This document shows, piece by piece, positions 55,329 through 64,000 of a stretch of DNA of 64,000 nucleotides. Source of the stretch: an uncultured Chitinophaga sp. (GTDB lineage: Bacteria > Bacteroidota > Bacteroidia > Chitinophagales > Chitinophagaceae); assembly GCA_964443345.1 (NCBI GenBank), contig CAYUCU010000003.1:5413-69412 (forward strand), read 5' to 3'. Position numbers and translations under genes: made by a program. Below the pieces are notes generated by a model. That model saw nothing but the letters and a program-made list of their open reading frames with translations, did not search any database and was not told the origin of the DNA. Within the stretch, counting starts at the first letter, position 1, and every line of letters starts with the position of its first letter.

Positions 55329-56291
55329 ATGAAACAAATTCTTATATCAGCTTCACTAAAAAAATCCCGGCGGTTTATCCTCTTTGCAGGATTGATGGTA
55401 CTGTTGCTTACACCAGCTGGTCTTTTTGCACAAACAGACACCACAAAAACAACAGCTACTGAAGAACCTGCTGCCGCAGAAGAATCATCATTGATCTCTC
55501 CGACCATTGAATTCATCAGCGTTCAAAAAAGCAATAACACCATTGATCTGAAAGCTTCGCTGAGAGCCAAGATAAAAGGTTCGCTGACAAAGCTCCATAG
55601 CCTGAAGGTGAGATTCTACCTGATGAATGATACAATGGAACAGGAACTCGGAGCAGTAAATGCCGACATGAAAGGCGTAGCGCTGCTGAATGTAAAAGCG
55701 GATGCCATTACTCCTGATAAAGAAGGCAAACTGCATTTCAAAGCAGTCGTAGCCGGTAATAAATCAATGGAAGGAGCAAATGAAGAACTAACCATTAAAA
55801 GGGCCATACTTACCATTACCCCTGTAAAAGAAGATTCGTTGCTAAGTGTTTCCGTTAAACTGGTGGATATGGTAAGCGGAGTGGAAACCCCCGTAAAAGA
55901 AGCAGTTATCGGAATATTTGTTACCCGCTTATTCAATCCCCTGAAAGTGGTAGAAGCCACCACAGATGAAAATGGTGAGGCTTCTGTTGAATTTCCGGCC
56001 AACCTCCCGGGAGATGCAAAAGGCAATTTAACCCTGCTGGCCAGACTGGATGAAAGTGAGGTTTATGGCAACCTGGAAGCTTCTTCAGAGCAAAAATGGG
56101 GAGTTCCTGTTTCTAACTTAAATGAAGAACAGCCAAGGGCTTTATGGAGTTCACATCCCCCGATGTGGATGCTTATAACCTTTATTGTACTGATGGTGAC
56201 TGTATGGGGGCATTACATTGTTATCATATATGAACTGTTCCGTTTAAGAAAAGAGCAACCTCATGCACCTGTTGATGCAACTAATCCTTAA
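55329..56291 (+). CDS. Exported Ig-like protein with C-terminal TM anchor
   Basis: Signal peptide, beta-rich body (ATTDENGEASVEF), C-terminal TM PPMWMLITFIVLMVTVWGHY. Confidence 0.75.
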   Translation: MKQILISASLKKSRRFILFAGLMVLLLTPAGLFAQTDTTKTTATEEPAAAEESSLISPTIEFISVQKSNNTIDLKASLRAKIKGSLTKLHSLKVRFYLMNDTMEQELGAVNADMKGVALLNVKADAITPDKEGKLHFKAVVAGNKSMEGANEELTIKRAILTITPVKEDSLLSVSVKLVDMVSGVETPVKEAVIGIFVTRLFNPLKVVEATTDENGEASVEFPANLPGDAKGNLTLLARLDESEVYGNLEASSEQKWGVPVSNLNEEQPRALWSSHPPMWMLITFIVLMVTVWGHYIVIIYELFRLRKEQPHAPVDATNP

Positions 56292-56322
56292 TAAAACAAT
56301 ATCTTTAAATAGTAAAAAAACA

Positions 56323-56733
56323 ATGAAAATGAAAAAAAATGTAACTGTACTGATGTCATGCCTCTTTGCTGTTGGCTTCCTGGCTTTTGTACCAAAAAAC
56401 AGCGTACAGGATCCCTGGCCTGTTCCTGATGCATATAAAAACAAGGTAAATCCGCTTAAAGGCAATGTCGAATCTATCGCTACAGGCAAGACCCTTTACA
56501 ACCAGCATTGCAAGTCCTGTCATGGAACAAAAGGAAAAGGTGACGGACCTAAAGCATCCCAGTTAGATACTGAATGCGGCGATTTTACTAAAGCCTCTTT
56601 CCATGCACAGACAGATGGTTCCTTGTTTTACAAAACATACCAGGGAAGAAAAGATATGCCCTCTTATAAAACCAAGATACCAGATGCTAATGATATCTGG
56701 GCTGTGGTTAATTATATGAGAACATTGAAATAA
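56323..56733 (+). CDS. Monoheme class I cytochrome c
   Basis: Start MKMKKN (ATG 56323). NP..GKTLYNQHCKSCHG and distal MP. Confidence 0.9.
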   Translation: MKMKKNVTVLMSCLFAVGFLAFVPKNSVQDPWPVPDAYKNKVNPLKGNVESIATGKTLYNQHCKSCHGTKGKGDGPKASQLDTECGDFTKASFHAQTDGSLFYKTYQGRKDMPSYKTKIPDANDIWAVVNYMRTLK

Positions 56734-56757
56734 TTCCTGTTTCTTTTATGAGGCAAG

Positions 56758-56785
56758 CAAAGACCGTTTTATTAAGCGGTCTTTG
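56758..56785 (+). terminator. Probable terminator ending the Fe-S/NrfD operon
   Basis: CAAAGACCGTTT-TATT-AAGCGGTCTTTG then TCATTTTT. Confidence 0.65.
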
Positions 56786-56864
56786 TCATTTTTATACCCT
56801 TGTATAATTTTTCTTAGCAAATGCAAAAATCCTACAACTTTGCAATTCAACATTCGCATCCGCT

Positions 56865-58091
56865 ATGGCCGCACCCCGCAAAGCAGCAGTTGGTTTTATA
56901 TTCATCACTCTTTTAATAGATGTGATGGGCTGGGGACTTATCATTCCCGTGATGCCCAAACTGATCTCTTCTTTAAAAGGCATATCAATCAATGAGGCCA
57001 GTTCTTATGGTGCCTGGCTGATCTCTGCTTATGCTATCACTCAATTCTTATTTGCCCCTGTTATCGGCAACCTGAGCGACCGGTATGGCCGCAGGCCCGT
57101 ATTATTGTTCTCTTTGCTGGGCTTTGGTATTGATTATCTTTTTTTGGCATTGGCCCCTGGTTATGAATGGTTATTTGTGGGCCGTGTCATCGCTGGTATC
57201 ACCGGTGCCAGTTTTACAACAGCGACAGCTTATATCGCCGATGTAAGTACTCCGGAAACCAGGGCAAAGAATTTTGGACTGATCGGTGCCGCATTCGGGC
57301 TGGGCTTTGTCATTGGTCCCGCATTAGGTGGCGCCCTCGCCGGATTGGGCGTCAGAGCTCCTTTTTATGCCGCAGCATTACTTTGTTTACTTAATACATT
57401 GTACGGTTACTTTGTTTTGCCGGAATCCTTAAGTAAAGAAAACCGCCGCCCGTTTGAATGGAGAAGGGCCAATCCTTTTGGTTCATTAAAATTCTTAAAA
57501 AATACGCCGGGTATTGGCGGATTAGCCTTTTCTTTCTTTTTAATATACCTGGCTGCACAAGCCGTGCAGGGCAACTGGAATTTTTTTACTATCTACCGGT
57601 TTCAATGGACAGAGGGAATGGTAGGAATTTCGCTGGCAGTAGTGGGATTATTAGTAGGTGCCGTACAAGCAGGATTAACAAGGGTCATCACACCCAAATT
57701 GGGAAACAACAGAAGTATTTATCTTGGTTTGTTTTTATATACGGCCGGGCTGGTATTGTTTGCATTTGCCACACAAGGATGGATGATGTTTGCATTCCTG
57801 GTACCGTACTGTCTTGGTGGTATTGCGGGACCTTCTTTACAGGCCACCCTTTCACAACATGTTCCCCCTTCGCAGCAGGGAGAATTGCAAGGCGCATTGA
57901 CCAGCCTGATGAGCCTCACCACAATCATTGGCCCGCTGGTGATGAATAACCTGTTTACTTATTTTACCAGTAAAAAAGCGCCATTCCTTTTTCCCGGTGT
58001 ATCTTTTTTATTGGGCGGTATCTTTATGCTGCTGAGCCTTCTTATTGCATGGCATGTTCTTAAAAACGAAAAAAAGCCCGTCATTGCATAA
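56865..58091 (+). CDS. TCR/Tet family MFS transporter
   Basis: Motif [14 protein letters not shown], motif [17 protein letters not shown], 12 TM helices. Confidence 0.92.
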   Translation: MAAPRKAAVGFIFITLLIDVMGWGLIIPVMPKLISSLKGISINEASSYGAWLISAYAITQFLFAPVIGNLSDRYGRRPVLLFSLLGFGIDYLFLALAPGYEWLFVGRVIAGITGASFTTATAYIADVSTPETRAKNFGLIGAAFGLGFVIGPALGGALAGLGVRAPFYAAALLCLLNTLYGYFVLPESLSKENRRPFEWRRANPFGSLKFLKNTPGIGGLAFSFFLIYLAAQAVQGNWNFFTIYRFQWTEGMVGISLAVVGLLVGAVQAGLTRVITPKLGNNRSIYLGLFLYTAGLVLFAFATQGWMMFAFLVPYCLGGIAGPSLQATLSQHVPPSQQGELQGALTSLMSLTTIIGPLVMNNLFTYFTSKKAPFLFPGVSFLLGGIFMLLSLLIAWHVLKNEKKPVIA

Positions 58092-58120
58092 CGGGCTTCT
58101 TCTTACAATTTTTTTTAGGT

Positions 58121-58669
58121 TCATTGTGGTTTGGAACTTGTCGGTGCCTTACCTCCTTCCGGAACAAATATCAATGCCAGTGAGTTGATGCAATAACGCT
58201 TTCCGGTAGGCTCAGGTCCATCATCAAAAACATGACCTAAATGGGAGCCGCTTTTACTATCCACCACTGCCCAGCGCACCATTCCGTAGCTTTCATCTTT
58301 TACCAGGCGCACCGCATCTGAAGTAATGGGGGCATAAAAACTGGGCCAGCCAGTACCGGAGTTAAATTTTGTTTCTGAACTAAACACCGGCTGCAAAGAT
58401 GCAGCAGAATAATATGTTCCTTTCTGATAAAATTTATCATACTTGCCCGTACCCGCCCGTTCGGTTCCTTCCTGCCGCAGGATATTATACTGCTCCGGGG
58501 TCAGCCGTTCTTTCCATTGGGCATCTGTAAATTTCATTGGGTAAACGGTATTGTGGGTGGCTTCAGGAGGGTCCTTATATTTAGTGGAGGCGTTTCCTGT
58601 TTGGCCCATGCCACAACTGGTCTGCAATAATGCAGTAACGATCAATGCTGAAAAAATGAACTGTTTCAT
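58121..58669 (-). CDS. msrB: Peptide-methionine (R)-S-oxide reductase, exported
   Basis: Lipoprotein-like signal, LRQEGTERA, GTGWPSF, HLGHVFDDGP, RYCINS. Confidence 0.93.
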   Translation of the reverse strand: MKQFIFSALIVTALLQTSCGMGQTGNASTKYKDPPEATHNTVYPMKFTDAQWKERLTPEQYNILRQEGTERAGTGKYDKFYQKGTYYSAASLQPVFSSETKFNSGTGWPSFYAPITSDAVRLVKDESYGMVRWAVVDSKSGSHLGHVFDDGPEPTGKRYCINSLALIFVPEGGKAPTSSKPQ

Positions 58670-58806
58670 GATTTAATTATTTACTTGTTATACTAACGAA
58701 ATCTGTTCTTGCCCGGTTTTTGAACCGGCTGCAAAATATTGCGGTGCCGGCGCTGCTTTTGTCTGCGGGGAGACAGTCTCTATGTATAAAGAGTGTTTTA
58801 ACATTT

Positions 58807-59160
58807 CTATTTTACAGCGCTTTTCAAAGCCGCAATATTCTTCTTTTCGCTTCCGACGAATATTTTATCCTTTATAATTACAACGGGCCTTTTCAAAAAG
58901 GTATATTCCTGCAATATAAAATCCCGGTAATCCTTTTCCTCCAGTTTCTTATCCTTTAGCCCCAGCTCCTTGTATTTTAATGCCCTTCGGCTGAAGAGGG
59001 CTTCATAACTTCCGGCCATTTTCTTCATTTCTTCCAGTTGTGCCGGTGTGATCTTTTCAAATTTGATATCCTGCATCTGGAATCCCTTCTGGTCGATTGC
59101 CGTTTCTTTAATAATGGCCTGGCAGGTGGTGCAGTTGCCGAGGTGATAGATTTTTTTCAT
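58807..59160 (-). CDS. ArsC/Spx family (arsenate reductase-like) protein
   Basis: NCTTC, LFSRR, LKRPV. Confidence 0.85.
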   Translation of the reverse strand: MKKIYHLGNCTTCQAIIKETAIDQKGFQMQDIKFEKITPAQLEEMKKMAGSYEALFSRRALKYKELGLKDKKLEEKDYRDFILQEYTFLKRPVVIIKDKIFVGSEKKNIAALKSAVK

Positions 59161-59237
59161 ATAAATAATACGTTACTGGTGGTTGTTTGGTTCGCTACAC
59201 TCCAAATTCCTTTACTTTGCAAGTATCAATTAAGCGT

Positions 59238-59966
59238 ATGAGCAAAGATGAAGTTTTCCGGGACGAAATAGAAAAAGCCAGTGATTTTAAATTTGGCGCC
59301 AATGTGGCCAAAGTGTTTGACGATATGGTGAACAGGTCTGTTCCTTTTTATGGAGAGATACAACGAATGATGGCAGAACTGGCAGCTGACCACGCAAAGG
59401 AGGGTTCAGATGTGTATGACCTGGGCTGCTCTACCGGCACCACAATGATCGGTATGGATACGATGGTGAACCAGGACATTCGTTTCATCGGTATTGACGA
59501 CTCGCAGGAAATGCTGGATAAATGTAAATCAAAGCTGATGGAACTGGGGTTTTCCCGTCCGTATGAATTACGTTGCTACGACCTCGGCCAGGGAGTTAAA
59601 ATTGAAAATGCCTCTGTTGTGGTATTGTGCCTTACCCTTCAGTTTGTACGGCCTATATACCGGGAACGTTTATTAAAAGATATATATGACGGGTTAAACC
59701 CTGGCGGCGTTTTAATACTCGTGGAAAAGATACTGGCAGAAGAAAGCAATTTCAACCGCGACTTCATCAATTATTACTACAACTATAAACGCCGCAACAA
59801 CTACAGCGAAATGGAGATCTCTCAAAAAAGAGAAGCCCTCGAAAATGTGCTGGTGCCTTATAAGTTAAGTGAGAACATTACATTATTGCGTGACAAAGGC
59901 TTCGATCATTGTGAGGTGTTTTTTAAGTGGTACAATTTTGCGGGGCTGGTGGCGGTGAAGAAATGA
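59238..59966 (+). CDS. cmoA: Carboxy-S-adenosyl-L-methionine synthase
   Basis: Start MSKDEVF (ATG 59238). FDDMVNRSVPFY, YDLGCSTG, TLQF, SQKREALENV (conserved Arg). Confidence 0.88.
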   Translation: MSKDEVFRDEIEKASDFKFGANVAKVFDDMVNRSVPFYGEIQRMMAELAADHAKEGSDVYDLGCSTGTTMIGMDTMVNQDIRFIGIDDSQEMLDKCKSKLMELGFSRPYELRCYDLGQGVKIENASVVVLCLTLQFVRPIYRERLLKDIYDGLNPGGVLILVEKILAEESNFNRDFINYYYNYKRRNNYSEMEISQKREALENVLVPYKLSENITLLRDKGFDHCEVFFKWYNFAGLVAVKK

Positions 59967-59991
59967 GTAATCCAAAAATCACAAAAAAAGA

Positions 59992-60038
59992 AAAATTCTA
60001 AATTCCACCAACAGACCCGGCCTGGAATTTGGAATTTT
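59992..60038. repeat. Short palindromic intergenic element (TTTGGAAT family)
   Basis: AAAATTCTAAATTCCA / TGGAATTTGGAATTTT, one mismatch. Confidence 0.45.
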
Positions 60039-60052
60039 AAAGTTTGGAATTT

Positions 60053-60775
60053 ATGATAAGTATCGGCAATTTCTTCTTCAAGTACCGCAATTGGATATTT
60101 ATTCTCTTCTACGGAGCCTTGTTCATTCCGTCGTGGCCGCTTTTTTCTCCAAAGCATTTTGGTAGCTGTTATTATATATGGCCGATAACCATCGGTTTGC
60201 TTATTACCTGTTTGGGTCAACTCATCCGTGGGCTCACCATCGGGCTGGCTTATATCGTTCGGGGTGGCAAAGAAGGCAAGCCTTATGCTGAAGGATTAGT
60301 AACAGAAGGTATTTTCAATCACTGCCGCAATCCTTTATATGTTGGAAATATTTTGATGCTGCTGGGTGTCGGTATTTTAGCCAACTCATTAGTATATGTG
60401 GCCATTGTTATCCCTGTTTTCTTATTCATTTACCAGGCCATTGTACTGGCGGAAGAAAATTTCCTTCGGGGAAAATTCGGGCCGGGCTTTGATGAGTATT
60501 GTAAAAAAGTAAACCGCTGGTTCCCCAACCTGAAAGGCCTTGGAAAAACCCTTGGCAGTATGCAATTCAACTGGAAGCGCTGGATATTAAAAGAACATAC
60601 CACCCAATTTATCTGGCTGATTGGTATTACCCTGCTTCTTTTACTAAACTATCCAGAATTGACCGGGCATGATGAAAAGCTCCGCAACATGCTGCTTGGA
60701 GTTGTACTTGGCATATTACTCCTTATTTATGTCCTCATCCGGTATCTGAAAAAGACGGGAAAATTTAAGGAGTAG
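60053..60775 (+). CDS. Isoprenylcysteine carboxylmethyltransferase (ICMT/PEMT) family membrane protein
   Basis: LVTEGIFNHCRNPLYVGN, EENFLRGKFG..FDEYCKKVNRW. Confidence 0.88.
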   Translation: MISIGNFFFKYRNWIFILFYGALFIPSWPLFSPKHFGSCYYIWPITIGLLITCLGQLIRGLTIGLAYIVRGGKEGKPYAEGLVTEGIFNHCRNPLYVGNILMLLGVGILANSLVYVAIVIPVFLFIYQAIVLAEENFLRGKFGPGFDEYCKKVNRWFPNLKGLGKTLGSMQFNWKRWILKEHTTQFIWLIGITLLLLLNYPELTGHDEKLRNMLLGVVLGILLLIYVLIRYLKKTGKFKE

Positions 60776-60777
60776 TC

Positions 60778-60891
60778 GGGAAGACCGTAAGACGGAAAGT
60801 CAGAAAGTATGTTTCCGATAATGGTAAGGTCTTACTGACTTCCCGTCTCCCCGACTTCCCGTCTTCCCTCTTCCCGTCTTACGGTCTTCCC
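60778..60891. repeat. Palindromic intergenic element (GGAAGAC family)
   Basis: Perfect 18-bp arms GGGAAGACCGTAAGACGG / CCGTCTTACGGTCTTCCC, with internal CTTCCCGT reiterations. Confidence 0.75.
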
Positions 60892-60979
60892 ATCTTCGTA
60901 AACAACAACCCGCTTTTGTTGTTATTTTTGTTTGTCCTCGGAAGCTTTAGCGAAGGAGGATCATTTAAAACAGTGAGCT

Positions 60980-61576
60980 ATGATCAAAACAGGAAACCCC
61001 ATTATCAGCATTTATACGGAAATGACCCCCAACCCGGAGACCATGAAGTTTGTGGCTAACAAGCTGTTATACCCCGGCAAGAGTATTGACTTCCCGGATG
61101 CTGAAAGCGCCAAGCCGTCTCCGCTGGCAACCGAACTATTTGGCTTCCCCTTCATTAAAGCCATTTTTATTGCCAGCAATTTTGTCACCATGACAAAAAC
61201 GGCCGAAACAGACTGGCAGGATGTAATTCCTTCCGTGCGCCAGTTTTTGAAGGAATACCTTGAAGAAGGTAAAGCAGTGATCAACGAAGAAGAGCTGGCG
61301 ACCGTAAAACAATCCAGCAGCAATGAGGTGGCGGCAGATGATGACGATGTGGTGAAACGAATCAAAGAGTTGTTAGATAATTATGTTCGCCCTGCTGTGG
61401 AAATGGATGGTGGCGCTATACAATTCAAAAGCTATGAATCGGGTACTGTAAACCTGGCCATGCAGGGAAGCTGCAGTGGCTGCCCTTCCTCCATGATCAC
61501 TTTAAAAGCCGGTATTGAAGGCATGATGAAGCGGATGATACCAGAAGTAAAAGAAGTGGTGGCAGAAGCGGAGTAA
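60980..61576 (+). CDS. nfuA: NifU/NfuA family Fe-S cluster carrier
   Basis: TPNPETMKF N-terminal domain, VRPAVEMDGG, GSCSGCPSS. -7 box TATTTTTG at 60923-30. Confidence 0.88.
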   Translation: MIKTGNPIISIYTEMTPNPETMKFVANKLLYPGKSIDFPDAESAKPSPLATELFGFPFIKAIFIASNFVTMTKTAETDWQDVIPSVRQFLKEYLEEGKAVINEEELATVKQSSSNEVAADDDDVVKRIKELLDNYVRPAVEMDGGAIQFKSYESGTVNLAMQGSCSGCPSSMITLKAGIEGMMKRMIPEVKEVVAEAE

Positions 61577-61582
61577 CCAGAA

Positions 61583-61602
61583 CCTGTCTGCCGACAGGCA
61601 GG
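61583..61602. repeat. 20-bp REP, identical to 38079-38098
   Basis: CCTGTCTGCCGACAGGCAGG. Confidence 0.8.
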
Positions 61603-61633
61603 CTGAGATTACAGAATATAAAAGATTAATATG

Positions 61634-61657
61634 AAAGCGGCTGATGGCCGCTTTTTT
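61634..61657 (+). terminator. Rho-independent terminator
   Basis: AAAGCGGC-TGATG-GCCGCTTTTTT. Confidence 0.8.
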
Positions 61658-61659
61658 GT

Positions 61660-61804
61660 TTAGCCACAGATTACACGGATTAACACAGATTAATACAAAT
61701 GGTCTCTCGCAAAGACGCAACGACGCAAACCTGTTGTGTCTTTTCCAGGCGCAGCTAATGGTGAAGCCATCCAATCTATGTTAATCCGTGTAATCTGTGG
61801 CTAA
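61660..61804. repeat. MITE-like element of the ACACGGAT family
   Basis: 32-bp arms at 61660-61691 / 61773-61804, one mismatch. Confidence 0.8.
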
Positions 61805-61817
61805 AATAATTTCGTGG

Positions 61818-62927
61818 CTACCCTTTCTTCCAGATCACCTTTCGTTCCTTTAAATAATTGATCACAAAGTCAAAACACTCTTTTCTGTTTCCAATCAGCT
61901 CTGGCGGAAATACCCCTTTCTCCGTAAACAGTCCGCTGGCAATTAAATTCACTGCAGCAGTGCAGGTATAGCCGGTTGTTCTTGCCATAGAAGATGTTTT
62001 CGTGATGGCATCATACCTGTCGAGCAAATTATACTCAATCGTTTTGCCTTCCCCTTTAATTATTACTTTCATCACGGTAAACTCTTCTTCTTCAGCGTCC
62101 AGCTTCCATTCATTCACCAGCAATTTTGAAGTAAAGTCCAGCGGTGAAATATCAACCTCTTTGATCCGCAATGGCGTTGTATCAAAAAAACCGGCCTGCT
62201 TTAATGCGATGATCAGTTCGATATGGCCGGGGTAGCGCAGTGTTTTTTCCTTCATATCCGGTATATGGTTCATCGTAAATAGCAATGACCGAAGCCCGTC
62301 TGTGTTGAACGCTTCCAGTTCACCCACCTCATCAAAGTTCATCCGCTCCCGTTCACTCAATGCCGGCCTGGTAACGATCGTTCCTTTTTCCACCAGCCTG
62401 GCAGGACGAATGTATTCCTGTATCACATCTACCGGCGAAAAGGGCGCTTTATACTCAAAAGGAGGTTTTCTTTCTTTTGGCAACCCGCCCACATAGCATT
62501 CAAAAGCATCCACTTTCATTTCCGCATTATAGCGGCCCAATATAAAATTGCTCATACCTGGGGCTACACCACAATCGGTTATCACCGTCACCCCTTTCTT
62601 TTTTGCGAGTGCATCCAACTCCAGTACATCTTCCGGAAAAAAAGAAATATCCACCACATTCACTCCTGCGTTGATCACGGCCTCCAGTGTTTTATAACCC
62701 ATAAAACCGGGCACCGCTGTCACTACAATATCAAAGGAAGAAAACCAGTTTGTGTATTCATCAAATTGAGAAAGATCGGCTGCCACTGTTTGCACCGCTT
62801 TATTCCTGTTTTTCAGGTCTTCCAGGTTGGTCGCATTCAGATCGAAAGATGTGACAGCATGATCATTTACAAGATCCAGCGCAATCGCTTTACCTACCAT
62901 ACCCGCACCTAATACAGCAATCGTCAT
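61818..62927 (-). CDS. Saccharopine dehydrogenase family protein
   Basis: VLGAGMVG, TAVPGFMG, DCGVAPG, YVGGLP, AFNTDGL, KTLRYPGH, MARTTGY. -7 box TAAATTTG at 62947-54 (minus). Confidence 0.9.
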   Translation of the reverse strand: MTIAVLGAGMVGKAIALDLVNDHAVTSFDLNATNLEDLKNRNKAVQTVAADLSQFDEYTNWFSSFDIVVTAVPGFMGYKTLEAVINAGVNVVDISFFPEDVLELDALAKKKGVTVITDCGVAPGMSNFILGRYNAEMKVDAFECYVGGLPKERKPPFEYKAPFSPVDVIQEYIRPARLVEKGTIVTRPALSERERMNFDEVGELEAFNTDGLRSLLFTMNHIPDMKEKTLRYPGHIELIIALKQAGFFDTTPLRIKEVDISPLDFTSKLLVNEWKLDAEEEEFTVMKVIIKGEGKTIEYNLLDRYDAITKTSSMARTTGYTCTAAVNLIASGLFTEKGVFPPELIGNRKECFDFVINYLKERKVIWKKG

Positions 62928-63024
62928 GTGAGAAGAATTTAGTTGGCAAATTTACACAATCAAAAGCTATGGGTTGTGAGTTTTGAGCCGCAAGCTCTTG
63001 AAGCCTGCTGCTAATAGCGCATAA

Positions 63025-64000
63025 CTATTTCTTCCCTCTTCGTCCCTGTAATATCTTATAAAAGGAGCGGCTGCGGATCTCTTCGATCGTTAAGCCAGTG
63101 GCAGTAGCTTCTTCTTCGCTGATGGCACCACAGTTCATTGCTTTTAAAAAGAAGTTCAATAATCCCTGTCCTGTTGCAGCATCATCAAAAATATCGCCGG
63201 TCAGTGTGGAGATGGCAGCCCTCTCTACAAATGTTTTCAACCGGTGGGTGGCGTCTTCAATGCTGCTTAGAAAGAAATTATAAGTGGCGGCATAGCGCAT
63301 GGGCAGTTGTGCCGGGTTCAGGTCCCATCCCTGGTAAAACCCATTGATCAGCGAATGTATGGTATGAGTATATCCTATTCTCCATGCATTATGAACTGAC
63401 TGCCGGTTTTCTTTCAGTTGCTTTGCTGTAAGATCATCACCCCGGTGCGGGGCCACCGGCATTACATTCGTTGCACCATCGGATAAAAATATTCCGGTGC
63501 TGCCTAATGCCACTTTGGTCATATGGTGTGCAAAGTCACAAACCGGGTGCGCCATCGTTTGATACTTAGCTGTAATACCGCAGGAGGCGGTGTAATCATA
63601 CGTACCGAAATGTGCGGCGATCAAACGGCCTTCACCAGCTCTTATGATTTTCATCAATGGATTTTTGCCTTCCTCATCCATGATGATCTGGGTAGCTTCC
63701 ACCATTGTCTCCATTTTTAATGTGCCGGGGCCCAGGTTGTTTTTCTTTTCGATGAGCTCAAATAAACGGATGAGTGTGGTAACCTGTTCTGTTATCGTCA
63801 CTTTGGGCAGCATTACGATAAAATTATCCGGCAGCTTGCCCCCGGTTTTCTCCAGCAAGGTGGTGAGGAAAATATCCAGTGTTCTTACGCCACGGTTTTT
63901 CAGATCCTCTGTAAATGGTTTAATGCGGATACCGATAAATGGAGAGATGGTTTTATCGTTCATTCCTATGGCCAGTTCATTTGCTGCATTTACTGCTGTA
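63025..64000 (-). CDS. HpcH/HpaI aldolase/citrate-lyase-like (DUF6986-type) protein, 5'-partial
   Basis: The frame stays open to the window edge (TAVNAANELAIGMNDKT). LPKV, METMVEAT, HFGTYDY, SDGATN, YQGWDLNPAQL. Confidence 0.7.
   Translation of the reverse strand, partial: TAVNAANELAIGMNDKTISPFIGIRIKPFTEDLKNRGVRTLDIFLTTLLEKTGGKLPDNFIVMLPKVTITEQVTTLIRLFELIEKKNNLGPGTLKMETMVEATQIIMDEEGKNPLMKIIRAGEGRLIAAHFGTYDYTASCGITAKYQTMAHPVCDFAHHMTKVALGSTGIFLSDGATNVMPVAPHRGDDLTAKQLKENRQSVHNAWRIGYTHTIHSLINGFYQGWDLNPAQLPMRYAATYNFFLSSIEDATHRLKTFVERAAISTLTGDIFDDAATGQGLLNFFLKAMNCGAISEEEATATGLTIEEIRSRSFYKILQGRRGKK

Noticed and set aside
52937-56733. Canonical alternative complex III (actABCDEF) or nrf/psr operon
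   Set aside because: No pentaheme ActA, molybdopterin-like ActB domain, ActF, NrfA or PsrA in the locus.
56865-58091. Acquired tetracycline resistance gene
   Set aside because: It is a generic chromosomal TCR/Tet-family MFS with no tetR or mobile element nearby, and composition is similar to its neighbours.
63025-63963. 312-aa ORF as a complete gene
   Set aside because: The frame is open to the window edge, so the real start lies beyond 64000.

Overview
Chromosomal window from a Bacteroidota bacterium, most likely Chitinophagaceae. This is inferred from a T9SS sorting domain, TAnnTTTG -7 promoter boxes, AT-rich start regions without Shine-Dalgarno motifs, and the gene families present. The housekeeping backbone is uvrB, polA, uvrD/pcrA, an M3 oligoendopeptidase, msrB, cmoA and nfuA. 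Accessory loci are: (1) 1-9485, two MG2-like paralogs, an Asp/Asn beta-hydroxylase, an HExxH protein, twin tail-collar (MdpB-like) genes, a signal-less SBP-fold protein and a formyltransferase; (2) a run of small stress proteins plus LytS/LytTR and an in-frame RnfD-like/DUF2330 fusion; (3) a Fur/SCO/MerC metal locus with a candidate operator; (4) a non-coding 43-bp tandem array of phased palindromes in front of a T9SS-secreted Cys-His (DUF7689-like) protein; (5) an acylase-UbiA-type III PKS-methyltransferase-flavoprotein cluster; and (6) the best candidate for an undescribed system, a divergent respiratory locus at 49591-56733. One arm of that locus encodes an outer-membrane beta-barrel and two cytochrome-c-like lipoproteins whose only heme motifs are non-canonical (CXCH, CX4CH). 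The other arm encodes a Tat-peptide mimic, NrfC/NrfD-like proteins with altered ligands, an Ig-like membrane protein and a monoheme cytochrome c. Crp/Fnr-like boxes lie between the arms. Two structured sRNA candidates and several families of palindromic intergenic elements are also present. No rRNA, tRNA, CRISPR-cas, prophage or intact transposase was seen. All family assignments come from motif recognition by eye, not from database searches.
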